Source: Zygnema circumcarinatum SAG 698-1b (Eukaryota > Plantae > Zygnematophyceae). From it: a stretch of 64,000 nucleotides of DNA. Location: contig CM074806.1 in the NCBI GenBank assembly GCA_037447605.1, forward strand, positions 1,550,001 to 1,614,000, read 5' to 3'. The position numbers and the translations under genes were made by a program. Each line of letters begins with the position of its first letter. Within the stretch, counting starts at the first letter, position 1. The notes under the pieces were generated by a model. That model did not search any database. It saw only the letters and a program-made list of their open reading frames with translations, and was not told where the DNA came from. Below, one piece after another: positions 34,801 to 46,495 of this stretch.

Positions 34801-36293
34801 ATTCTTCTTCAATGCTTTTTCGGCCTGGTAGAAAGGAGGCCCACCATGCCCTATTGCGATAGCTGGACACACATATTCAACAGTGAAATTGCAAAAGCTG
34901 CTCCGAAAATGGTCAACGAGATGCACAGACGTCAGAAACGGGGAGCCAATCAGAAAGAGTGTAGCCAAGTCTGCACAATGAATTGCCAAAACAGAAGTGC
35001 CAAGAGAAACGTAAAATGCTAAGAAAGTTTCAAAAGCAACCAAGTCAGCCAAATAAGATCATTCCTTGACGCACAAATAAGAGCTCCTCGCACCCCATCT
35101 ATCTGCTCATCTTTGGAAACAAACTATCTCTAAGGTTGGCCAATCCCAGAAACTTTCAGAACTTCATTCACATGGAAGGTGGTCATTTGGTGATTCTCGG
35201 CGGGCTTCAGGTGTGAGAACTCAGCATACCAAGCGGAGTTCTTCATCCGCAAGCTTCTTGCGAGCGACCTCATCATCACCTGCCTCCGTTATCAGGTGAC
35301 GAAAAGCAGATTTACGAAAATTCCAAGCAGTGTATACATCAGGGTTCAGCTCCAGTAGTTTTCCACTTTGTTGAAGAGCATCCTCCGTGTATCTGTCACA
35401 CCACAACTCGATTACTGAGACAAGGCTTATCCCTTTACAGTCCAGAGATACCTCAGCATGTGATACCTCATCTTCTCATTTTCGTCAAAAAGTAAGGAGC
35501 TAATGCTAATTATTTGCATGCAGAATGAGTTAAGCTCTGATGTGACACATGAACTGAGGATTTTGGAGATATGCGATACTAGATTTTTGATTAAAGGCAT
35601 TCACCATAAGGCAGACGAATCGAATGTGACAAATTGCTTTGACACATTTTACAAACGTTCACGAATTAGTACCTCTATGAAAGTGATAAGCGCACGAATA
35701 AACTGGCACGGATAGGCTTGTGTTGTGAACAATTATCGCAGCCCTTATCACTTTCAGGGAGGTGCAGGCCTCTATCCGCACCTTAATCCATGTGGCGGAC
35801 AGCATACCTTCGTCTTCGTCTTCTTCGTGCTTATTATGCAAGTTTGGTCCCAAAAAGTCCCAAGTTTGGTTCGAGCCTACTCATTCACATGAGTTGAGTG
35901 GGGAGAGTCAACGACGGTGGAATCAATTTAACTCTTTTGCTGTAATATGCTTTTAACGACTACACTGGAAACGACTTGCCCATGTTGCCAAACACAGAAG
36001 ATTTTGCACAATTTGGCCTCTAAGTAAATTTTCCATAATCCTCAAAGCGTGATACTGAAGAAGCACAGGAACTCCTCAAAAAGATATCGAGGCAATTCAG
36101 TATTTCCAACAAAACAGGCACAAAAAAGCTGGCCACAGCATCACCCTATGCACCTTTTTTCCCGGTGGAACTGAAGCACATTGCTCTGCAACCGAGAGTA
36201 AAGAGCGATTTTCTTCCTGCCAGCTGCGGCATCACGCTCGTCTGCCTCCCTCTCCCTCTCCGCCCGCACAGACACTCGCGCCCTCCCGTGCAT
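31831..36293 (-). CDS. RGTA1: Rab geranylgeranyltransferase (type II) alpha subunit
   Basis: N-terminus MHGRAR. PPTA repeats (LLELNPDVYTAWNFRK, ALKKNPKSYGAWHHRKW, LDNRNFHGWDYRR, ALWTAPDDQSGFMYYQWL, LAKDDPGHAEYY). C-terminal LRRs (LDLSHNRL, LNLSHNCI, LDLSYNLL, LDLRGNKV). Confidence 0.95.
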
Positions 36294-36449
36294 GACGGCC
36301 ACCGAGAGGCACTCTGCGGGCGGGCGCTGGCTTTGAGTGGGTGGGGTGCGAGCACAAGCCCTAAAAGCTCCACCTGCGAGCCATCCCTCAGGGAGGCCTA
36401 TCTGGGACGGAGCTCGTCCGTGGCGGAGAGGCGGTACGGATGCAGGTCT

Positions 36450-36535
36450 CAACCCTAAGCAGTAAGCACCCTCGGCCCTGACTCTAAACCCTAACCCTAA
36501 TTTCCAAACCCTAAACTCTACACCTTAAACCTTTC
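36450..36535 (+). promoter_or_regulatory. Telo-box-like AAACCCTA cluster in a bidirectional promoter of about 260 bp
   Basis: Several degenerate CCCTAA(A) units between the RGTA ATG (36293, -) and the TOM2B-like ATG (36551, +). Confidence 0.6.
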
Positions 36536-36550
36536 AGAAGGTGGAGTGAG

Positions 36551-37637
36551 ATGAGCATTCTTCCTCCCCAGCAGCAGCAGCAGCAGCAGCAAGACCCTTC
36601 TGACTCACTCAAGAAGTACGTGGCCGAGCGTGCGCTGGAGAGTGTGGGAGCTGTGCAGCGCCTGGCTCGCTCTGCAGCTGTAGGGGTGAGGGCCTTGCTT
36701 TAGCTGTGTTTTTTTTTTTTTTGTGGTAGATATGGCCCTCTAGTAACAGAATATGAGGATTTTCTTTAATGTGGAAAGCCTCATCCCCCACCGGGAGAAG
36801 TTGCGAAGTTTGGACCATTTTCTTCTGAACCTGTTCAATGGTTGAGGAGCGCGTGATAAGCATCGATGATGGTTGAGGCTGTAGTGCATAGTGAGTGATT
36901 ATTGGCAACCATGCCTTTGAGCTTACGGCGGCCATGGCAGTGACGGTGGCTGTGCCATTGGAGAAAGTTTGTGTCACCATGAGAAGCAAAAATGAGTGAT
37001 TTGGCATGGGTGCAGCAGCCAGGGCGATGGAGTCAGGAGCTCACGAGCAGGGCCGGCTCCATCAAGGGAACCCGAGAGGTGCTGCCCACATGTGCCTAAT
37101 GCTTGCACTGTCATGATGTTACACACTTTTGACTTTCCCTGACTTGCTTTAATGTTTTTCCTTTCTCTAAAAAAATTATGAAGGGTTGTTCATGAGCGGA
37201 TCGCATAGGCTGATTGTAAGTGCGTTTTCGTTTGCAAGTCCTTGTCAATGTTAAGCACTCTTTCAATGATTGCAGGCTCTTGAGCAAATGCCTCTTGCGC
37301 TCGCTGCGATGGACGCAGGCATGGATGCAGCCCTTGAGAAGTGAGCTCCCTATTCCATCACGACGCATTGCATGATGAGACTGTGCTTGTGATGTTTTTG
37401 CATTATCGATGCTTGAGGCAGCTGTTCTATTCGCTCTGAAGGCACTCCTTGTGTTGTAGTCAGGATGATGACAAGTCGGCAATGTTGGTTTCCCTTCAAA
37501 CGCATCCTCATAAATTCCCAAATCTGATCGCGAGCCTGTTTAAGGAGTCCATGTGCAGGGCAGCTCATTTGGCCGAGGCAAAGTTTTTCTTACGCAGTTC
37601 ACATGCATTAGCTTCTGAGGACAAGCCACGTGAATGA
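36551..37637 (+). CDS. TOM2B: Tobamovirus multiplication 2B-like protein (113 aa); not visible in the ORF track because the exons are short
   Basis: Exons 36551-36685, 37016-37078, 37276-37340 and 37559-37637 sum to 342 nt in frame: MSILPPQ8DPSDSLKKYVAERALESVGAVQRLARSAAVGQPGRWSQELTSRAGSIKGTREALEQMPLALAAMDAGMDAALEKAAHLAEAKFFL... The pattern resembles recalled TOM2B (DSAKAMVADQISQAV...[32 protein letters not shown]...VHL). Confidence 0.62.
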
Positions 37638-38268
37638 GCACGATGTCGTTGCAGGGGCTGTCCTTCATCTAGACGTGTACATGATGCAGAAAGCTCGGTT
37701 ATGCTCATCTTTTGCTTTTAGAGAGGCTTCTCCTTATAGGTTTTCTTCCGCTTCTAGAACCATGTCATTGTTTGTAAATTCCATTCATCTGGCCATTCAA
37801 TATCTGATGGCAACCAACCCCTGAGTATCTATCTACTCAGTGTCTTCAATACAGGAACCCCTTTCCAGAAGCCGTAGAATAAGATTGTACGTAGTGAGAA
37901 ACAGTTGAATTTTGTATCTTAGCTTCAAGAATAGCTTGCGAACTTGTAACTCTTGTTCTGACCCTATGGTCACAATGGGTGGCTTCTGATTGTGCTGATT
38001 GGAGGGCTAGTTACGATAGTGGAATTCTCCGGCAATGCAATTTCAGCACGAAAAGCATAAACCCAATGTTGTTACACTCACTGAAAAACATGGAACTATA
38101 GCCATCAGCGCGACCGAACTGTTCACAGCGCAAGCCTGTCCGTGCCAGTTCATTCGCCCGCATATCACTTTGCAGGGAACAGTGTCTCAAAACGAGTCGC
38201 CAAATTCGATTCGTCTGCCTTGGGGTGAGTGCCTCTAATCAACAACTTCGAACCCAACAACCTTACAA

Positions 38269-38340
38269 CCCTAAAACCCTAAAACCCTAAAAGCCTAAAA
38301 CCGTAAAACCCTAAAACCCTAAAACCGTAAAACCGTAAAA
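38269..38340. repeat. Interstitial telomere-like tract, nine 8-bp units CC(C/G)TAAAA
   Basis: Read directly. Confidence 0.9.
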
Positions 38341-39431
38341 CCATACAAGCCTCCGTCCGCGTGTCCCAGCTCCTCCTGCAAGCCTCCGTCCGCCGCCGCA
38401 AACCAAACGCAGACTGACACGTGGCGCTCGCCACTTCCGCAAGTACTCTCGCAGAAAAACGTTTCACCCTGCCCGCGCCCTCGGGCAACCCCAAACCATC
38501 TGCCATACGCTTTTCAAGCGCCGCCAGATGCTGCCACGTGGATGCCACGTGGCGCCCAGTTGGCGCTGGGTCGATGATTTTTTTCTCCGCGTCCCGGGCG
38601 GTTCGCAAGTGCGGGCGGTTCGCACGTACGGGCGGTGGCAGGGCCTAGGGAAGGGCGAAAAACGCACTGGCTCAGTTGCCAGTGACAGAGAGTCAACTGA
38701 CAAGGAACAATGACACATAAAAAAGGGCCCTCACCCGTATAAAACGCACCCGTATAAAACGTTTTCCTGCGCACAGATTTCAGCCAAGCACACATATGAT
38801 GCCGTGAAGCCGAATGGCCCACAGCGCTCGGAAGTCCAGAAATGGACATTATAGCATGAAGGCAAGGCTCGCTGGGGACGGTGATAGGATGCGAACTCAA
38901 ATAGATAAAGTCTTTGTAAGACAGCGCCTGAAAGCTGCCCAGATTTTTCCATTCAGGCAGTTCACCCTCTTTCCCTTTCTATTTATATCTCTGCCAGAAG
39001 GACAGCAGCGGCGCTGCCCTACATGTGTTCCGCTGCCCGGCACAGCGAAAGAATAGTGACAACTCTCTCTCAGCGACAGCAAGTAAAACTTTTGACCCCC
39101 ATGGCCTGCCCCACCACCCTCCCGCCACCCCCAGCCCCAACACCTCTCCTCCCTGCACCCTCCACAGGAGGGGAGGAAAGCATTCATTGCCTATGTACAC
39201 TGTGCCCAGCTCCACTCCCACATACGCGTTTCTACGCCTTTCGCCCTGCTACTTCCTACAAGTGCTCCTGAACCCACTACTGCTAACCCAGTACCTTCTA
39301 GATGCTTTATTCAATGCAACTAAACATTCACAATATGCTCAGCATGGCCTATATGCATTTTCAACAACTGTTCATTAAGCCCCCGCCCTGCAGAAGCTTC
39401 ACACCAAGACACAGACGCCAATAGATTCTTG

Positions 39432-42400
39432 CTACCAGCGGGCGCTTGCTGCAAGATTCGGGCTGTTATTTGATCCTATGGCGGATGAAGGTGCCGCCGG
39501 TGAAGGTGAGCCCCCCAAGCCGAGCCCGAAATTCAGAAGAAAGCGCTCCGAGTGTGACCGAAGCATGTGCACAAAAGAGTGCCGTGATTTGTCGACGGGT
39601 TTAGGCGGCTGCATAGCCTCTGCAGTGGGGGCCTCCTTCACCTGCAGCACAGTCTGACCAATTTGGTGGCGCATTGCCTCCACCACTTTCATGTCCACGG
39701 GATTGCCGGACACGTCAGTGACATAGAATATATTCACCGCTTGCTCCCCCTGAGTGGCCACGTCAGCCTTCGTCACTGAAAGGCCATTTTCACAAAACAA
39801 ACGCGTAACATCTGACAGAAGACCGAGTCGATCACTTGTGCGCAGCTCCAACCGGATGCCCTGAAAGCACCACAAACTTCAGAACATAAGCGTCTACGAA
39901 AACGTTTAACATTCCGTAAAAGTGGATGGGTGAAATGTCCAGGTCAAATAGATCACAGATCAAACAGTACAAACTTTGCCAGTCCATTCAGCCGTAAAGA
40001 ACTGTCATTGGAGGACCAATATACAGACACCACATGTTTGAATGTGACACCGATGATGCTGACCCTGACGAACCCACCGCTTGCCAGATTGACAAAGTGG
40101 AGCCTCTCTGCTTAGCAAGGATAAAGCTCGCCTATAGTGGTATCACAGCCCATCCAACAGGACGGCTCTGCTAATTATGGCATCCACAGACATGCCATAT
40201 TCTGATCAAGACCAGCATAGGTCATTACTTGTTGGCTTCACTCCAGAAAGACGACTTCCCAAAAACCAATCAAGCAAGAAACATCTCAGTGGCTTGCAGG
40301 CCATTGAGATGTAAGCCTGGATGGAATGCTATAATCTCTACCCTGCCGAGGAGATGGCCCAACTCATTCAGATCAAGGGCCACCACCAGGTCACCAGGGC
40401 CATCAAAGCCACCTGCGAAAATAGCTCCATCCATGTGCTCATCATGATTGACAAAAATGCATTTGACAAGAAGGCAGCTTAACCCAGGATGGTCGAAAGA
40501 ACACCTCGACTTCCAACGGGACATCTCTGCAAATGCAAATTTCTCCATCCATCATCAAGCCAATTCAACCCAGGGACAATGGCCCATTGCAAAGGTGCAA
40601 TGATTCCCTGTCAGGCTCATTCACCAGCAAAAAACCTATTACTCAACTGTCAGGTAGGTTCGATAACCAGTTCGTGAAATGGCCCATTCCCATGTTTACA
40701 GCTCAAACCCTGTACTACAACTACCTGCTTGATCCTGCGATTACATGCTTGATCCGCTGGGGATACATCCCATAAAGGAACTATGCTCACCTCGGGCGTT
40801 CTCCGCTCAATGGCTGCTTCCAAACACTTAATAACACGTTCCCGTTCTGCCTCAGAATCCAGTGTGCATCCATCCAAGTGTCGAATGTAGTACTCCTGCA
40901 ATCACAGCATATTCCATCAGGGGTTGGCCAAATCATGGCACGCTCCACTGTTTGCACTTTCTCCTGTTTGTAGAAGACAGGCTCATTGAGCATACAAGAT
41001 AGAACTCCCTTTCTAACATTATATTTCCCCCACAACATGCTGCAGCAGAAACGTACGAAGGCATTAGATTATGATGTGAACTTATGGCTGGATTCGTTCG
41101 GAATAAACCAGTGATTTAAATTATGAAATCGTTCGTTTATTTATGAAAAAGCCAGGCTGCACAGCAATTTGCCCCACATGCTGACAGGCTCCATGGGCCA
41201 CGCTTCAGTGTAACCAATTAAACTCGTGTTGCTCCTTAAGCAGCCAATATTATTAGTGATTTGCATACAACTTCAAAAAAATTGCGTGAAATCTAACAAT
41301 GTATGCCACATCGCACTTTGCTATGTCCCCTTAATCATGCAGACCTCGTAATAGCGACTCCAGGTTTGATTTTCCTACGACAACCAAGAGCCCAATCTCT
41401 CTCAATACAAAAGCTTGCCAATTAACGTAACCAGTATCACGGGCCACTGCAGACAGCCCAGCAGTTCAATATCCCACAATGCAACCCATTTCCCTGATAA
41501 CATTCAATGGTGCAAGTTCACCTCAAGTGAACAAGTCTATGCGCATTGAAAATTGTAATGAAACAAAGAGAAGAAATTAAGAATTGCCACTGTGACAGAG
41601 CACGACGCACCTGTGTGGCAATTCCATCATTGGAATCGATGGTGGCGTGGAAAACAGTGTAATGCATATCCGTCAGAGTACATACTGTGTCAAAGAGTAG
41701 CTTAGGACGATCCTTGCATTTGACGTCTACAATGGAGTACTGAGTCTCTGCACAATTCCGCACTGACACGTTTATCCTTTCTTCAAAAGACACGCGCTGG
41801 CTTCGAGGATTTGTTGTTTCATAGTCACGGTCCGCAAACATCATTTGGTGCAGCCGACGTTGAGTATGGGTCAGTCCAATGGCAAAGTCTGTCTTTGAGG
41901 CGATACGACTACCATCCGCCTTCATAACTCGACCTAAAAGATCCTTCAACTGAGACATCAACTTTGCATCGTTCACTGGACCTCCTGTGCTTCGGTCAGT
42001 GATGTAGACCACACAAGCAACTCGCATATTGTGGGTCCAAACTTCGGCCCCAGCCACATTGCAGCCAAGCTCCGTAATCACTGCTGAAATCTCAGATAGC
42101 AATCCGGGACGATCGGTGCCGGTAAGCTCGATGGCTGTATGGTCAGCAAGGTCCTGCAGGGCCACAGGCCGTCCAAGGCATGTTCGAACCTCCCGCACTG
42201 ACACTTCTCGCTTTGCTCCAAGGGCCTGCATCACCATTATATATTGCTCCATCAACCCATATTCTGCGAGAAATTGGAGCCATCAAACAGGCACTCAAAT
42301 AAACAGCACAAAGATATTTGTACAACGATACGTGCACGAAAGACAACAACGAAAATCACGACCACCGATTTGCAAGGCACAAATATCATGTCGTCAGTTT

Positions 42401-43509
42401 CACGACAGGCGCATGGGTCAACAAAAACATCAAACGTGTGCAGAAGACCATAAAGAAAGCCAAACTCAGTACTGCAGGAAAATGTGTGAACGTGTGAAAC
42501 GTGTGTAATCCCTATGTCCGCCATTTTTGTGAAATGGAGTCTCACCTGTTGAATATACGCTATAAGGTTCTCATCTACCACTTTGTTGCCCAGCTGATCC
42601 TTGACGTGAAAAACTGCAGGCAGGCATCAAAGTCATTGTTACCTTGTCTTACTCGTTCCCAAGAAAAATAAAGGGAAGCAAAAGTTGATTTCAAAAACAA
42701 TGAGGAAATTTTGGTATCCGCATGGGTGTCCCAGTATGGGCAGAAGATTTCTCCCAATACTCTGAAGAAAGCCTGTTGCAATCTACATGAATATAACGAA
42801 TATTTTGAAAGCGAATTTATGCGATCGGAATCGGACAACACCCTCATGCTTCTGCCTGTTCACCTCAGCAGTTCCCTGTTCCTCGTTCCCTTATTCTCCC
42901 CTCATGCTATGAAAGGTTCATTGGATTGAAGATTATCCAATTGCAAGACCAGATGTGCGAAGTAAGATGATCTCACCATCCACAAACCAACCCCCGTCGG
43001 ACGAGATGTATGCCTTTGAGATGACCAAATCCAGGTCTGTAAGGACCTGTACGACCTCCAACAGACAGCCATGGCGATTTGCACTGTCGATTTTGACCAA
43101 CGTGGCATTAGGATCTGTAGTATTGTCGATAACCACCCTGAACAAATGCCCAACATTTTCCGCAATCAGGACTCCATACTTTGAAAAAGGCTGCAAGGGC
43201 TAGCGACAAACAGTCAACAAGAACATCCAATTAAGACTGCGGTAGCGCTCAATTTAGGTGTCATACGATTCCCTCACCTTGGAGGATTGATTTTTAAACT
43301 GAGCGTTTCGTATTCTGCACACAAACAGCGAACAGCCCCCCAAGACCAGTGTACCAATCAGCCGCATCCTCTTCAATTTCTGCATCCAAGCAACGGAATC
43401 CCTCCCCCTCCGCCCTCCACTCCGCACACCCCGCCCTCAATTCCCACATACCCGTGCTCGAATCATGCGTCCGCCTCCACTGCGTCTCAGGCGAGGCGAA
43501 TGGCGCCAT
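39432..43509 (-). CDS. ACR: ACT domain repeat (ACR) protein with four ACT domains; the start codon could lie further upstream, up to 43746
   Basis: [18 protein letters not shown]...[34 protein letters not shown]; [15 protein letters not shown]; [20 protein letters not shown]; [17 protein letters not shown]. Confidence 0.93.
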
Positions 43510-45047
43510 TCTTGGCGACCTCTGCCCGCTCCCGTTAGCGCGTCCTACCACAGGCGGCCATGAGGACGACACGAGGTCCTTCTCTTGCAGCCCTGCCGGG
43601 CCGACCATTACTCCCAACACGCTGCTGCCCGCCCGCCCGCCCTCCGCCTCCGCGGGGCGCTGCCTCCGCTCTGAGCCCTCTCTCTCCCTCACCCTCTCCC
43701 TCTCCCTCCCTCCCTCCCTCTCCCGCGCCCGCTCCATGGCGCCCACGCAGCGTGGAACTTTGGGATGTCGGTTCCAAGGCGACGCCCTGACGGCAACTGT
43801 ACGAAATTGGAATCTTTGCAGGCCCTCGGTATCGTCCGTACCGATCAGGAGGCGGTTCGTACCGTACGGATTGCGACTCGTGGAAAACTCCCCGCGCTAG
43901 GCCGTACGACCGTACGCGCTCTCCCCGGGAGGAAGCGTGACGGGCACAGGCCCGCCCGCCCTGCCTGCATGCAGCGGCGAGGCGATGGCGCACACTCAAT
44001 CATGGCTGTACAGTACTTGTACCTGCAGGGGAAATTGTACGGCGTGCATGCAACAGCATGTGGTATGGAGCCTTGCCATTTTGTTCATTGTTCGGAGTGC
44101 GAAGGAAAAGCAAAGAATGTGGCATTGGCGAAGGGATGCGGAAGGGGACGCTCCTGAGATTGTTGGTGTGGCTTCGCTTCCTGGTTCGGGGGGCGGCTGG
44201 TTCGGGCCGCATCCCGATGTGTGGCGTTGCGTTGGCAGTGTTGTAGGCGGCAGGCAGGGCTCTTGTTGCTCCTATGCTCACTACCGTAGTAACAAATAGG
44301 TTGAGAAATTGAACAATTCAGTTGAGCATTGAACAGTAGAGGTCGGAATGTTTTCGATTTGAGACATTGAAGAATACGAAAATAAAAGTTGAATGCCTCA
44401 ATATGTTCTTGCACACGTGTGCATTCGAGTCCTAGTTCTAGTTCTTGCACCGCAAGATTCTGCCGATCGGAGGGTCCGGTTCGCTCCGCCTCGATGCTTG
44501 CCGTACGATTTTCTAGGCGGATCACGCTTGCCGTACGGTGTGGCCGGATACGGCACTGTACGCTTGTCGCGGTACGGTCGGGTACAGGATCAGATTCTCT
44601 ATGGCGGCAAAAGTTGGACCAGCAGACCTCTACTCGAATTGAACACGACCGGTGGTTAATCGTTCAATGTTCAACTGCTTTCGTGTAGGATTCGCATTGA
44701 ACGAGAACTCAGTTTCTCAAACAAAACAAAAAAAAAACAGAAACTAAAACAAAAACAGTGTTTTATTTGAGAAACTGATTTTGAAAGGTTTCTTTTTTTG
44801 AACAACCAAAATCTGTAATCTTTAATTTTTATTTTTCTCATCCTGTTTGGTTTTAGGGTATGCTTTTTCTTGTGGATGCCCGTCCTGGGCTCCACTCTGT
44901 CCCGACCCATGCTGCTGCTGGTGACGGCGTCCTCCCAATGCAGGTCGGTGGCCTTGCCGTGCGTGACGCCCATGGTTTGTCGTCCGCGACATGCTGGATA
45001 ACAATGCTAGTAAAGGGCAGCTTATTCCTAGGGCCCGGCCCGGCCAG

Positions 45048-45123
<76 letters not shown>
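45048..45123. repeat. (GCTCGT)n hexanucleotide microsatellite, about 12.7 copies
   Basis: Read directly; explains the ARARAR, STSTST and LVLVLV ORFs. Confidence 0.95.
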
Positions 45124-46495
45124 CCCCTTGTGCTTCTTCCCATGCTGCTGGTTCCTCCCGCGTGTCCAGCCCGCATTGGCGGAGGAGGTTGTGCACCCTT
45201 ATGGTCTTGATGGAGGGCTTCATAGTGGCGCCGGGGCTTGGTGGGTTGCTACATCGATCGTTTTATACCCGTCGTCTCGGCCCGGGCCAGTTCCAACTCG
45301 TCCTCACCTCGCTCGGTGCTTGCTCGGTTGATGTGCCCACGGCCCAGGGGGGGGCGCTAAGGAGGGTCTAGCCCCCACTCAGACTTTGGGCGCGCGCAAT
45401 CGCCCCGGTGGCGCGCGGGGAGATAGAGCAGCAGCACCGAGAGCCGAGCCCCACTGTGCCCCCTCGAACAGTGCTTGGTATGAAATTAGAGCACGTCAAT
45501 CGCTTCAGCCGATAAAGTAGGACATCTTGGCAACCTTACTTGGCGCCTGAATTCCATCCAGAGGGAGGCTGCGGGACAGGCAACACTCGATGTGCAGATG
45601 GCAAACGCCATCCGTCAAGCTTGAATTCGTCTGCAATTATGCTTCATTGTTCAGCGGCTCAATAACCCGAAGAACCCTAAAAACAAGGTGTTTGCAACGA
45701 AAAGTGACCACTGGAAAGGAAGGACAAGCTTTCCAGAATTCGACCAAGAGAATGCCTAGTTAGGGCTGTGAAACTGGTCATCCCAATGAACAAGAATACT
45801 TGGGAGGAGAGAAATAGCGAGTGAATGGATAACATTCGAACAAAACTCAGATGTGAGGTATTAGGGGAATAGGCAGGACGACATTGGCAAGAACAGCTTC
45901 CAATGTCACCAACAATCCAAGTTTCGCATCTTTCTCTGTTTTGCAAGTCAATTTGCAGTTAATCTGCACTGCAGAACATCCCATTCGTACCCAAATGCCC
46001 GTTTCCTTTGACAGCTTGGAAGAAATGTACGATTTACTCGAGGCTGGTCTCCCATCAGTCAGCAAGCAACATGGATTCCAAGACCTTAAAAAACCCATCG
46101 TCATCAAACTTGGACTTTGAGCACTTTTCCAAAAAAGATAAGGAGTCATGTAAATCACCATAGTCGGTGGGCACGGGAGTTTCACCTGAATATAGAAACA
46201 CGTAAGGTGAGCGCGGTTCAATTGAAACAAAAAAAAAATGCTGCTGAAGAAGGCCAACTCACGTGTATAGCCTGCTTTTGAATGCGTTAAGGACAAGAGA
46301 TGCTTTTGTCCGATGCCGCACTAATTATGCACAAGAGCCCTAGAACACACTCGGGAATCCCCCTCTATACAGAAGTCTATACAGAGTGTGAAGGGATTGG
46401 CACTGACTGTGCAAGTGAATGTGGCAACCTAGGAACCACAGCAGTAACAAAGCTTAGGAACGTCCGTCTCCTCGGAGAGGATGGCGCCCATGCTC

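Noticed and set aside
35860-35880. GGTTCGAGCC B-box-like motif
   Set aside because: No A-box spacing or cloverleaf; not a tRNA.
44337-44632. TAGAGGTC...GACCTCTA inverted repeat as a hAT element
   Set aside because: Only 8-10 bp of match and no target-site duplication.
44822-45371. ORFs spanning the (GCTCGT)n repeat
   Set aside because: Open on both strands because of the hexamer repeat and high GC; no domain recognised.
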